A stretch of DNA of 64,000 bases from Azolla caroliniana (Eukaryota; Plantae; Polypodiophyta): NCBI GenBank assembly GCA_043228905.1, contig JBHGNT010000010.1, positions 9,672,001-9,736,000 of the forward strand. The letters run 5' to 3'. Shown here in pieces: positions 49,506-63,300 of this stretch. How positions within the stretch are numbered: the stretch's first letter is position 1; each line of letters begins with the position of its first letter. A model generated the notes under the pieces. It made no database searches and was not told the DNA's origin. It was given only the letters and a program-made list of their open reading frames with translations. The position numbers were made by a program, and so were the translations under genes.

Positions 49506-52500
49506 ATTGGAGTGAAATACTTATTAGTGGGATATGATTGTTATCTGCGATTTTCCTAGGGTTTTATGAAGTTTTACTATGATCTATTTGGACAAGTAAA
49601 ACCTCAGATTGGTGTTGCTTGATCCAAATTATGTAATGGAACTCTATGATGTTTCTCCAAGATAATTATGTTCATGTTGTTCTATGATGGAAAATATTTC
49701 ATGTTCATTATGTTGTTTTGTGAGACTGTTGGTTACTTTGTGAGTGTGAATATGTTGGTGTTTTTTGATGTTGCATAGTCTAAAGGGTTTGAATCTATTG
49801 CTCCTAAGGCCGATGGCAATGTGGAAACTATTGATGTTGCTACGTGTTTAGTGGGGCCACATCTTGAAAGTAGATGTAGCAACTGACACAAATGATCTGG
49901 TCACGCAAATTGATCAAGCATGCTGCACAGATGATCTAATTTTGCAGGTAGATGCAGCATGTGATACCAGTGGGCTGATATTGACTAGATCAATATCTAC
50001 ATGCACCGAGCTTATGACTAAGTCGACAATACAAGAGCACCAGAATGTGAAGCCAAGCCCAACACAGTCGACCAAGGGTTTGAAGAGGAAAAGGACACCA
50101 ATTGTGCCGACAGAACCTGAGTTGATTGAAGTTGATCGTGTGCTACCAGTAATTGGTGTAACAGAGGCTTAGTTATAGGAATGGAAACCTAAACCATTAG
50201 AAGTCGAAAGAAGAGCCTTGATCTTGGAGCTTGATAAAGTCCTGATGAGTGTGCAATATATGACACCAAGGAGGGGCACAAATCAATTTCTAGAGTGGGT
50301 TGTGCAATACGTTGATTTGAACATGTTCGCGTTCACAAGTGAAAGGATCACGCATTCCACTTGTAGAATCTTCTTGAAAATATCCAAATATACCCTCTCT
50401 ACAAAAATTGGATGCACTAGTATCACATGTTCCACAACTTGATTAGAATTTGCAAATATAAAAATACATGATAGGTCTTTGAGTGGAGAACATTAGAAAT
50501 TCAAATAAGTTTGGATGTGTTGATAAGTTAATGTAGGCATAATAAAGTTCAACAATGGCTCAATATCTCATTAATGTGTGGGATGGCAAACACTAAGTTA
50601 AAGACTTATATTATTTTGGTAGGTTTTACAAAAATATGAGGTGTACTTGTAACCATACTAATAAAATGAGTTATAATTTATTCTTTGACCCATACTCGTA
50701 TGTATATAATTGTGGACAATGTAGGATAATGAGATTGGAATAACAAACTTATTAAGGTATTTAATACTTGTATTTTTTGAAGGAGCGATCCTCCCCAATT
50801 TCGTACGCCTTGACTAAGCGACGATCCTTTTCTTTTCTAGCTCTCTCGATATGTGCAAGGAAGGATGTTGGGAAATCATGTATATCCTTAACTTCTCCTT
50901 GTTTCTTGTCACGACGCGGTTTCTACTAGAAGTAATAAGACATCAAGTATTATTACACAACCTCTACATATGAGGAAAACTTAATGAAAAACACCAATAC
51001 TAACCCAATCCTTGAATGCAATAAAATACTCGGATAACGCCTTATATGAAGACGTTAGAGGATAATCCTCGGTCACTTGTTCCCAAGTTATACATCCAAG
51101 TTGTTTCATCATAACTTCTTGGATCTTCATGTACACCTTATGACTGTGAAATTAGAAAACGAGATTAGAAATTTCAATTGCACCATATTGAATTCAATAT
51201 CACTATTTGAAAGACTTACTTATTGAACTCAGTGACCATTTCTTCAAGGCTTAATTCTTTCGCCACAACCCTTGACAAAATAGACAGAAAAAGTTGTTTG
51301 TCCTTAATACCTTGCATCGCTCTCCACAGAGACAACTTCATGTCGTCAGCCGCTTCTTCAATTGTCAAATCAATTTTCTTGGCCTCTTGTGACTTTAATT
51401 CTAGCTTAGGGTCTACCTTACATTTCTTTTGTCGTTGACCCTTGACCTCCTTATTCTCCCACATTGAGAAGTTTTGATCTTGTAGGTCCCATACTTCTCC
51501 ATCTCTAAAGGCAAGTTGAAAGCAGGACTCATATTTTCCAAGACCATTCGACTTAACATTATCATCCACCACAATGCCGACCTCATGAAGGCATTGACGT
51601 CGTAGGCTGGGGTCTAGCTTCACACCAAAATTTTGTTTGATATCCAGGTATTCATGGTGGAAGAACCTTATCTGTTCAATAGATGACATTTTCTGCCTAT
51701 AGTTGTTGTCGTTGTTGTGGTCTCATGCCAAAAGCTTTGCCTCTTCAGTTGTGAGGCCCATGTATATTTTGCACTCGGCATAGTTGAAGAAGAAAGTCGG
51801 TGTGCTTCAGTCGAATGTGATCCACCAATTATAAAGTAATTGTATTGATCATGCTTTCTCACGTCGAAGTCCTCAGTTGTGGAACATTATTCGGGATCTA
51901 CCATCACAATGAAAGGCACAATTGTAGCATGTAGATTTATTTTCATTTTTTTCTTGAGATTCTAAACATGCATTCAGTCTGGCTCTCTGATCTCAAGTGG
52001 TCTTCATCCTGTTTTTACATCTACTGGGGGTGATGGATGTGTGTTATAGGCAAATTAAACACTTGCCCTTTTCTCACTAGTTTGCGCTGCATTAACTCTC
52101 TCTGTATCTTATTCTACTCAGATGACTACACATCAAATGCCAACTCAGCACTTGGCATTCCCCTAGTGTCCTCATCTTTGGTTGAGCTTGATGAGTCAGG
52201 GTTCGACATTTTAGTGGTCTTCTTTTTTGTTGGTAAGGGACTGCACTTTAGATGCCCTTTTTGGGGCCTTCACCGGGGAGGGAAAGGGATCCCTTAGAGT
52301 TACATGGCCTTGTATATAAGGCCTCAAGGTGACAATAAGATTTTGTGAGCTTTATAGATCTTTTTTAAAAGATTCTGGCCCACAAGATTCCTTTACTAGT
52401 TAATCTTCAGAAAGGTACACTTTACGTACCCCCTTCGAGCACTCTATCATTACAAGAATGTTGGCTGAATCTAAATCTTCGTAGTCAAATTGTAAAATAC

Positions 52501-52978
52501 AGCCATACATAAATGCGGTGTCATTTTCAAGCTGATCGTCGCCCTTCTTCTTTGCCGTATACAACACATCTTTTTTCTTGGAGTCGACGTACTGCAGACA
52601 CCATTCCTTGTCCGTTAGATCACGGTCAGGAAGGTCCTCAACACCAGTAGCAACTAACATTTCCTTTTGGCTAATTCCGTCTGATGGTTGAGATTTTGTC
52701 TCATTGAAGAGAAGTTTTTTTCCTCTCTTCATGTTCTGAGGAACTATTTATATCTGGGACTCAATTGGAGAGCCCTGAATTCGGAGCTTGATTTTCTTCA
52801 CAGGTTGGTCCGACAAGTTCTCAAACGACCTATTTAAGAAAGGACGTGCGAAAATATAAGTTAGTTGGTTCCCTAGATTAAGGTTACCTATTAAAATATA
52901 CATAAGCAGACCAAGACAAAAACTAGCAAGCGATTTGTGCTAAACTCTAAATATCAATCATAGTTTCTGTGAACATGA

Positions 52979-55900
52979 TGTAGAAAATATGTGGAATAAT
53001 CTTCAGCCACAACCGAGGCTTAGATCACTTAATGATAATCAAACACAGAAGAAAAGAGAAATGGAAGTAAGTACACAAACCGAAGAGAATGCACAGGATG
53101 TTAACGTGGAAACCCTAAACGGGAAAAACCAGAGGAACCCACAGATTCCGAACTATCACTATGTAAGAAGAATACAATAGGGGAACACAAAGGCAACGAC
53201 CTCGTGTTCACAATCTTCGCCTAGCGGTGGTTACAGTAGAGACGCACTCTGTTTGTCTCTCTCTGTCTCTCTGTCTCTCTGTCTCTTTCCGTCTACTATG
53301 CTCTGTACAACAATTACACCAAAAAAGAAGAAGACCAACTACACAATCGTGTTTGCCCTAGGTCATATTTATACTAATATGACTTTTGGGCTATTTACAA
53401 ATATAGCAACAATGGGCTAACAGAAACATATTTACATCTATGTCCCTTCTCCGGTGAGAGGTTCTCACCGAGTCTGCGTCATCCGGCTCTCACCGGGTCT
53501 GTATCATCCGGTTCTCACTGGGCCTTCATCATCCTATCCGGAGGGACCGAGATCCTAACAAACTCCCCCTTCACTTCGGCACGGGATGTTTGGTTAGTCC
53601 AATTCGCTTCCGGCATGCGTCCAGCTTGTCGGGTGTCAGCATATTTGACCCATTCTCCTTCGTGTGGATCTTCGTCAACACGAACTCTTGATCTTCCACT
53701 CACTCCCGGATCCAGTGGTACCTCCATTGGATGTGCTTCGTCCTGGAATGATACGCCGCGTTCTTCACAAGGTGGATGGCACTTTGACTGTCGCAATAGA
53801 GCTGGTATTCCTCTTGCCAGATCCCTAGCTCTCTGATGAAGTCCTTCATCCATAATATTTCCTTGCCAGTTTCCACAGCCGCCATGTACTCCGCCTCCGT
53901 GGTTGACAACGCAACCATCTTCTGCAGCCTCGACTACCACGAAATAGCTCCCCCTGCATATGTCATAACATATCCCGATGTTGACCGGCTGGTATCCGCA
54001 TCAACCAACATATCTCAATCGGTGAAACTGTCAAGTTGGGGTTTATCGGAGCCGAATAAGAGACACATACTTGAGGTGCCTTTCAAGTACTGAATTATCC
54101 ATTTTACTACATTCTAGTGCTCCTTGCCGGGATTGCTCATAAACTGGCTCACCACTCCAACTACATATCCAATATTTGGTCGGGTACACACCATTGCATA
54201 CATTAAGCTCCCGACGGCAGAGGCATAGGGTATCTCCATCATATCCGCCTTCTCTGCCTTCGTCTTCAAGCTTTGCTTGCCAGATAGCTTGGAGTTTGCC
54301 GGAAGTGTCGATCCGACTGGTTTCGCATCTGACATATTGAACCGCTGAAGCACCTTTGTCACGTATTTCTCCTGTGACAGCCAAAATTGCTTCTTTGACC
54401 GGTCCTAGATGATATCCATCCCCAAAATCTGTCTTGCCAGACCCAAGTCTTTCATTGAGAAGGTCTGGTTCAAAGCCTTCTTGAGCATCCGTATCTTGAC
54501 TTGATCTCGTTCGATGATCAACATGTCATCCACGTACAGGAGGAGTATCAGGAAGTCTCCAACTTCAAACTTCTTCACAAATACGTAGTGATCGGCCTGC
54601 ATCTTGTGGTACCCTTGATCGGTCATGAAGGAGTTGAACTTCCGGTACCATTGCCGGGGAGCCTGCTTCAAACCGTAGAGGCTCTTCTTCAACCGGCAAA
54701 CTAGGTGCTCCTTCCCTTTCTTCACAAATCCCTCCGGTTGCTGCATGTAGATCTCTTCTTTGAGGTTGCCGTGGAGGAACGTCGTCTTCACGTCTATCTG
54801 CTCTACGTCGAAGTCCATGCTTGCCGCTATGATCAACACGGTCCGGATGGAAGTCATCTTTACTATCGGGGCAAATATCTCGTTGAAGTCCACACCCTTC
54901 TTCTGTTGGAACCCCTTCACCACGATCCTAACTTTGTATCTCGGGGGGTTGCTGGCATCTCCCGGTTTCAACTTGTACACCCACTTGTTTCGGAGTGCCC
55001 TCTTTCCTTTCGGCAACTCCACCAATTCATACGTGTGGTTCTCATGTAGGGAATCCATCTCGTCCTGCATGACACTTAACCACTTGCGGCTATGGGTGTC
55101 ATCCTTCACTTCTTCGAAGCTTTCTGGCTCCCCCTCATCGGTCAGCAACACATGCTCTGCATCCGGAAATCTTCGGGGGGCTCTTCTTTCCCGGAGAGGA
55201 TATCGCTGTCCTCGGTTTCAGTAACCGGTTCCTGTGTTTGTTCTTCATCCGAATCCGATTTGGGGTCTTGTCCGGTTCCGGTTTCAACTTCCTCTCCTTC
55301 TTCTGCCGGTTCGGTATCCTCACCGTAACCGATTGATTCAACCAGCTCTTAGCTGGGTAGGTCCGTATATCATCGAACCAATCCTTACCGGTCGACTCGG
55401 AGTTCATTATCTTCTTCTTCGACTCCCAGTCGGCAAGGGTCTTGTCCTCCATGAAGATAATATCTCGACTCTGGAACCCCTTCTTGTCGACGGGGTCCCA
55501 CACTCAGTAGCTGAACTCATCATCGTCGTATCCGAGGAATATGCAAGGTCGGGACTTTGGATCCAACTTTGCTCTCCGGTCCTTTGGCACATGCATGTAA
55601 GTGAGACACTCGAACACCTTCATGTGCTGGTAAGAAACTTCCTTACCGGTCCATACTCTCTGCGGTGTGTCTCCATCCAAGGGCACTGAGGGTGATCTGT
55701 TTATCACATACGTTGTTGTCGACAGCGCCTCAGCCCAAAACGTCTTGGGTAACTTTTAAGTGCTAGCATACTCCGGACCTTCTCCAATATGGTCCGGTTC
55801 ATCCTTTGGGCCAGCCCGTTTAGTTCTGGCGTCTTCGGCACGGTAAATTCGAGCCGGATTCCCTTCGAGTGGTAATACTCCTCGAACTGCCCCCGGTATT

Positions 55901-58167
55901 CTCCTCTGTTATCTGCTCAAACTGTCTTCAACTTCCAACCGGTTTCTCTTTCCACTCTCGTGTGGAGCTCCTTGAAGACGGATAACACTTGATCCTTCGT
56001 CTTCAATGGTGTGGCCCACAGCTTTCGGTTGTGGTCATCTATGAACGTCACGAACTACTATGATCCGGCATGTGACTTCGTGTCCACTTAACACACATCA
56101 GTATGCACCAACTCCAGTGGTGCATTACGTCTCATCGGTGGCCTTGATCGGAAGGAGGTTCGGTTTTGCTTACCGGCCAGGCAGTCGGTGCACCTCTCAA
56201 GATGCACATCCTTTACCAGAATGAGGTTGTCATTGGCAAGCCTCCTCATCCCCTTCTTGCTCATGTGACACAGTCTCTTGTGCTACAACTCATAGGCAGT
56301 GTCGGATGGCACGTTCACTTCTTCCCGACATAACCGGGCATTCATCAAGTACAATGTGTTGACTTTCCGGGCACGAGCCACTATTAGGCTCCCCTTGCTG
56401 AACTTCATGACACTGTTCCGGATGCTACCCATGTAGCCTTCATCATCTAGCCGACCGGCTGATATCAAGTTCAGTCGAACCTCTGGAATGTGTCAGACAT
56501 CCTTCAACAGCAACTTGCATCTGGTTGATGTGGTCAACAACACATCTCCTATGCTGATAATTCGGCATGTCCCTTCATTCCCCATCTGGACATAGCCGTG
56601 TTCACCGACTATGTAGGATGAGAAGCATTTCCGATCTGGGGTGAGGTGGAACGATGCTCCGAAGTCGACTACCCACGTTGTCTCGTCACCGGCAAGGTTC
56701 AACTCACTCTCCTCGGTGATGAGCATCAACTCTTCTTCACTTGCCGTGATTGTCGTCATTCCCTTCCGGTCCGGTCCTTGCCGATCCGAATCGTTTCGGT
56801 CCGGTGACTTCTTCTAATCGGTATTGTCGGTTCCCTTGTCTTTCCAAAAATGTCGACAGTTCTTCTAGGACTGCCCCGGCTTGCCACAATAGAAGCAAGT
56901 GGGCCTTCCCCTTGATTTTGACCGTGTCCCTGACTTTTCCTGGTTCTGGGGACTTCGTTTCCTTTGTCTTCTGCGTTCCGATTCGGTAAGGAGCGGTTTG
57001 GAGTCGGAGCAGGCATCCTTGTCTTTCCGATGCGCCTCCTTATCTAGCAAGCTCGACTTGACTCTTGCTAGGGATAATTGCTTCCCTTCCGGCCCGGCGT
57101 TGCCCAGAGTGACAACCAACGTCTCCCAGTTATCCGGGAGGGAACCGAGTAGGAGTAGTGCTAGTATCTCATCGGCAAAAGATACTTCGAGCGAATTGCT
57201 TGATGTATCAGCCCTTGGAAGGCATTCATGTGCTCCGCCATACTGGAGCCATCTTGGTACCGAAGCCGCACTAGCTTCCGGAATACCGAAACCCAATTAA
57301 CGACATTCCTGTTCTAGAACATAATGGTGATCTTCTCCCAGAGCTCATGAGCCTTGCTCTCTTCATTGAAGTTGTTGTACAAGCTCATATCGATGAAGCA
57401 CCGGATGTATGTCGTTGTCTTCATGTGCATCACCTCCCACACCGTGGCGTCGATCTTGTCTGGTCTCTTGTCCCCGAACTGAATCGGCAACCAAAGATCT
57501 TTGACCACGAGCATGTCCCTGATCTTCAACTTCCACACTGAGTAGTTGGAGCCGGTGAGTTTGAACATGCCTCCCAACGAATCTTCCATTTTTTTGTTTC
57601 GTTTTGCTTTGATACCAGATTGTAGAAAATATGCGGAATAATCTTCGGCCACAACCGAGGCTTAGATCACTTAATGATAATCAAACACAGAAGAAATGAC
57701 AAATGGAAGTAATTACACAAACAAAAGAGAATGCACAGGATGTTAACGTGGAAACCCTAAATGAGAAAAACCATGGGAGCCCACAGACTCCGAACTATCA
57801 CTATGTAAAGAGAATACAACAGGGGAAAACAGAGGCAATGACCTCCATTTCATAATCTTCGCCTGGCGGCGGTTACAGCACTTACACACACAAAAAAAGG
57901 ACCAACTACACAATCATGTTTGGCCTAGGTCATATTTATACTAATATGACTTTCGGGCTATTTACAAATATAGCCACAATGGGCTAACAGAAACATATTT
58001 ACATCTATGTCCCTTCATCCGGTGAGAGGTTCTCACCGAGTCTGCGTCATCCGGTTCTCATCGGGTCTTCCTCACCGGGTACTCATCATCCGGTTCTCAC
58101 CGAGTTTGTATCATTCGGTTCTCATCGGGCCTTCATCATCCCATCCATAGGGACCGATATCCTAACA
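52979..58167 (-). mobile_element. Ty1/copia element (same family as 1-3316), full length and decayed, in intron 1 of the ParB-like gene
   Basis: LTRs 52979-53560 and 57621-58167, TSD CATGA (52974-52978 / 58168-58172), PBS 57606-57617, PPT ~53563-53575. gag, CFYC knuckle, WVVDFGASFH, RT and RH remnants are present. Confidence 0.95.
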
Positions 58168-58479
58168 CATGATAGACCGTTATTGTGAATTTAAATTTAG
58201 TAAGGGCTATTCAACTTATACATCATAATAATTTTACAAGGATATGTATCATATTGGAGGGTAGGTATGGTTTATATTGATTCCATATCCCATATTGTTG
58301 AGAATTTTAATAAGATAGGTTTGAATTTGGTATCATAAAGGTAATTCGTGTGTTATTTTCTATTATTTTAAGCTATTATAGGTCATAAAACCTATTTCAA
58401 TAAGGGCACTAAATGTTACAAAATGTAGCAAATGTCATAAAAAAAGTAATTGGTATATTTTCACACATATATCAATAAG

Positions 58480-59305
58480 TTCCCCCAAAGACATAATATT
58501 CTTGTTTAATAAGAGGGTTTTATATAGGAACTTGATACACCGTTCCCCCAAAGAAATAATATTCCTATTTAATAAGAGGGTTTTATACAGGAACTCGATA
58601 CGCCGTATCGAGTTCCTGTATAAACCATAAACTTTAAACAAGAACATGATACGATGTCGTGAAGATTTTCAACAATGGTATGAAAATTGCATGGAATGTA
58701 CAAAATCGAGTGTGGTTCTTCACACACGATATAAAACAATAATAGTGAAGATATTATTTTATATTAGTTTAATATTTTGGTACGAAAAGAGGGATGTCTT
58801 CAAGAGCTTCTGAATACATTTTACTACATGTGAAACGGACAACTGAGTATCAAGTTATGTGAGTGTGTACTTTGAGAAGAAGAAGAGGAAAACAAAAATG
58901 TGGGATATCCCACATGGATAGGACAACATTAGGATTCAAGAGTATATAAGTAGAGCCATATCTCTTTATATTTCACCTATGTGCTAGGAGCACAAAAAGG
59001 TTAGGTTGTATAACTTGGACGAATGGATGCGGCCAAGTTATTCGAATATTGTTTTGGACGGATCCAGACGGAGCCGGAATCAGACGGACGGTGACAAAAC
59101 CGGAACCATACGGGATGGACGGCAACAATTCGCACATAGTGATAGATTTTAATGACAACGGCTCCGTCTGGATACGCCGTATTGACTTCCTGTTTAAAGT
59201 GGGGGTTTTATACAGTAACTCGATACGCCGTATTGAGTTCCTGTTTAAAGTGGGGGTTTCATATAGTAACTCGATACGTCGTCTCGAGTTCCTATTTAAT
59301 AAGAG
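58480..59305. repeat. Hairpin-forming 51-62-bp repeats (GAACTCGATACGCCGTATCGAGTTC), split by a solo LTR
   Basis: Perfect 21-bp arms at 58582-58602 / 58604-58624 with a 1-nt loop. 51-bp tandem units at 59171, 59222 and 59273. Confidence 0.85.
58655..59157 (+). mobile_element. Solo LTR of a Ylt1-type family
   Basis: TGTCGTGAAGATTTTC..AATGACA with flanks ACGA / ACGG. First ~290 bp are homologous to 23858 onward. Confidence 0.75.
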
Positions 59306-60334
59306 TGTTTGTTCTTGAGTGCTAAAAACATATTTACAAAAAAGGTCCGTACAATCACGCACTTACCTAGAATCATGGCACTCACTCTTCTTAGAAGACA
59401 TGATTCTCGTCGTCGATGCTAATGGGAAGATGATGATTTGGTGTTGCGTGCTCAAGGCTCTGTGTGCTTGTGTGCTCTGTTCTGCGCGTGAGTGATTGCG
59501 AAATGAGGGGGACTTCCTATTTATAGGGATTGACCACTGTGGTTAAAGTAACCATAGTTACTTTAATGATGGTTGGTAAGCCTTAAGGTTAGTTAGTTAA
59601 AGCTAAGAGAGAGTTTCTTTGACCTTAGGACACTTTTCTCTTAGACTTTAGGACACTTTATTTAGTACATAGTCTTGATTGTACCAATGACTCTCTAATG
59701 GATTTTAATTAAATGATGCTTATGAATGAATCAATGATTAAATACTCAAACTAAGATATTAATGATTATTTTATATTTTTAATTGCCTTTGAAGGTCATA
59801 AATAAAACAATGATAGAGGTTCATGAATGAACCAATGATTAAATACTCAAAGCAACATTTTTATGACTCTCTAATGTTTTGTATTAAAGATGTGGCCACG
59901 AATGAAGCAATGATTGAAAAGGCTTATATTTAAAATGGTGGGCATGAATGAACCAATGATTGAGAAGTTCTATATTAAATATGGGTGCCATTAATTAACC
60001 AATGATTTTAACTTTAAACCAACATATATATGGCTTGGTAATGATTGTAAATATATTATACTTGATGGCTAAAGTAAATTTAATTTAAATTATATATTAT
60101 AGGATTAATAAGGTATAAAATATAATTGATGGACTTTATACTGAGTAGTTTAAGTAATTATTAATATGTTGAATAAATTTATTATATTAAAAATAATATC
60201 TTTCTTTATTGTATTAATATAATATTAAATAATATAGACATTATATTGGGGGAGATTATGTTTAGAGAGGAGCTTATCATTTTTTATATTAGCCCAACCA
60301 CATAACTTGAAGAGCTTTGTGTGGACCTTAAGCC

Positions 60335-63300
60335 ATGAGTGAAGACTCACCATTCTCGATTGAAGAATATTGTTTGTCATCAGACTCTTCGTTTTCTACC
60401 GAAGAGTATTGTCTATCGATAGACTCACCATTTTCTATCGAAGAATATTGTCTGTCAATAGACTCGCCCATTTCTATCGAAGAGTATTGTCTGAGCTCAT
60501 CTTCATCTAAAACACATGTGAATAATGGCACATGTGAAGAGTTCTCTATTGAAGAATATGATATTAATAAAGATATGGAGAATGAAGGTAGTGCCAATGA
60601 AACATCGAATATCATGGGCGATGGTGACAACAAAGAATTGGATTGTAACAAGGTTACCCCAACTTCTATGCAGGAAGAGAAATTTGTAAGCCCTATGCAT
60701 ATTAGAAGAATCCCACATAGAATTCGTCTGGCCAGATTTAACTTGGTGACATTAAATAAGCAGATTGGATTTGATGCCAACAAAATATGTTGTGCTCGTG
60801 GTTGTATGTCTATGATTGGAAAATCAAAGTTGTGAGTATTAAGGCAATACTATTTTTCGATGACTGGTGATGAGCAAGACACTTACCTCGGGTCACATAT
60901 GCAACTAGTGTTTGACAAATGTATGGGGATCAAAGTATCATTCGAGTATTATATCTTCGATGCGCAACAGATCTGTAGAGTTGCATTCAAAATTTTGTTA
61001 TGTGTCAGTAACATGCGGCTACAAAGAGTATAACAACATCTACTTAGCAGGGATCAGATGCTCAATTGTAAAGAGGTTCCAAGTATGAAAGGTGCAATTG
61101 GAAGACATGCTATTGGTTGGATGAAAAGTTAGTTTCAGTTAAATTGTGAAGTAATGCCCACTACATGTAGGATGCACCTCTTTGATAATTACACACGTCG
61201 GGAAGTTTATGATGTCTATCGATCAGATATGGTGGGCTCAAGTAATAAATCTGTCACACATAGCCAATTCACAAGATTATGGAAGAGCTCGGTTTTCAAA
61301 TGTTATCATTCCGCGTAAAGTACGCATGGGGTATTGCTCCATTTGTGCAAATCTTAAAAGTTTGGCTAAAGGTGCAAAGACATCAATGGAAAAGGATATG
61401 AGTAAGAAGTTACTACAGGAGCATCGTGAGGCACAATCATTAGAATGAAAGAAGGTGATGCATCATAGAGAGAAGTGTTTGAAGAGGCCCGAACAATACA
61501 TGTGCTTAATGATAGATGGCATGGACCACAAGAAGACGTGCTTGCCGCATATGCGGAGGCTCCCCAAAGACATCAATGATTAGTGCCTTGTTCAAATGCA
61601 CTTGGTGGGATACAAGGCATATAATAGGTCTGTTGGACCTCACGTCTTCATTACATACCCCAATGTTCACAATGACCCTAACCTAACAGTTACAGTGATT
61701 CACTGAGTTTTGATGTCTTGGGGCCAACCGTTCCCCCTTGTTCTATACATTCAATTGGACAATACTGCTAGAGAGAACAAAAATTCAACTGTGTTTGGCG
61801 ATCTAAGTATGTTGGTCAACCAAGGATTGTTTAGAAAAGTGAAACTCAATTTTCTTTTGGTTGGCCACACACATGATCATATAGATCAGATGTTTAGCAC
61901 ATTCTCCAGACATTTGTCTCGGCATTATTCTTTCACATTACCAAAACTATTTGATGTCATTTGTGATGCATATACACCACGCCCAAAAGTGTTACACTTG
62001 AAGGAGGTATATGCAATTGCCCCAAGTCTCTGGAGCATGTGTGGAGAAAATCCGGCCATGGTTGTTGTCAACACTTGTTGTCTTTTTTATAGTCACCTCC
62101 TTGATGTCATCTTTAGCGGCTAGATCCTCCATTACACTAGCCTCACACTCTTTATCTCCATTGATGAAATCTTTGATTAGGCTTGCTCCTTCATCATCCG
62201 ATGTTTCGAACACGACGCGCGTTCCAAAACATTCATCCTCCCTCGAAGTGGCCTTCTCCGTCCTCGAGTCATCATCAATCTTCTTTTCATGTAGGTTGCT
62301 TTGTTTAGGCCGCTCGACTTCTTTAGGTGGTTTTGATGTTTCTACGCTTGGCCTTACCAAGTCAATGTCATCTTGTTGCATGCTCGCTTAACCGCAACCC
62401 AGTCCACCACAACCCCGTTTGCTTGGGTATCATCTTCAAGAAGAGTCCCCAATTCTCGTCTATCCTTCATGTCCACAACTTTCAAGAAGTACAAAGTCTT
62501 ATCCTCCTCAAGCAGCACTTGGTTTGTGGCGGGGAGACGACGAAACATTTGGTCGAACTCATCATACACCCTCGAAGCGTTGATCCTCTTATTCTTCTTT
62601 TCTATCCACTTCATCAAGGCATGTCAAGTCATCCTCAACAAATCTTCTGTTGCGAACTCCACTAATATTGCTCTTTCAAACTTTGACCACGTTGTCTTCC
62701 TTTCTTGAAGCTCGATGACCTGCCTTTGGACGTTGTTGGCGGCAACTCGCTTGAAACTCGAGATTTGATGTGCTTCAGACACGTCCCTTTGATTCATCTC
62801 CCTTTTGTATACATCCAGGAACTTCGTAATGTTCGTTCCATCAAATTGACCCTCAACCTCCACGACACGGTTGGCGACCTTCTCCACGCTTACATGGTTG
62901 TCCCGAGATCTCATCATTTGCTCGAAGATTATCATCATTCTTTCAAACTCTCGCACTTGATTGCTTGAGGACGCCATCTCCAAGTATCAGTCGATCCTTG
63001 ACTTGATCCTTCCTACCGCCTCGTTCACGTCGGGTTCACCAAGTAAGATGTCAAGGAAATCCTCGCGTGTTCGCGAAATAAAGCGGGACCACCGAGGTCC
63101 TCGACCAGAAGGATTTGATGTTTTTAACAGTGTAAGCGAGAAAGTATTGAAGATAGATAGATGGATGAAGAGAGAGAGAGAGATTGAGAAAGAGATTGAA
63201 CCTTTGACTTTAGTTTTACGAGACAAGATACATCACCATTAGGATAACTTAGAACTTTGATTAATAGTTTCTTTTTTACTTACATCACTTGCGTCCCTTA

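Larger units (their letters stand above)
50761..59401 (-). pseudogene. Spliced ParB/Sulfiredoxin-fold protein gene, decayed
   Basis: TATAAATA at ~59517-59524. Exon 1 59401-59367 (MSSKKSECHDS-AG|GTAAGT) splices in frame to an acceptor at 52829, which is in frame with ORF 52732-52400. ParB-like core at ~52060-51660. Further exons ~51143-51005 and ~50928-50761. Confidence 0.65.

Noticed and set aside
49790-50442. Short + strand ORFs with D-x-A-x-x-T repeats
   Set aside because: There is no recognisable domain or start context. It may be another decayed cargo exon, but this is unsupported.
50200-51200. Possible DNA methyltransferase downstream of the ParB-like domain
   Set aside because: I read the minus-strand exons to the stop at 50761 and saw no DPPY/SPPY or FxGxG motif.
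59171-59305. Palindromic repeats resembling a CRISPR array
   Set aside because: The intervening sequences are themselves repeated (no unique spacers), there are no cas genes and the context is eukaryotic.
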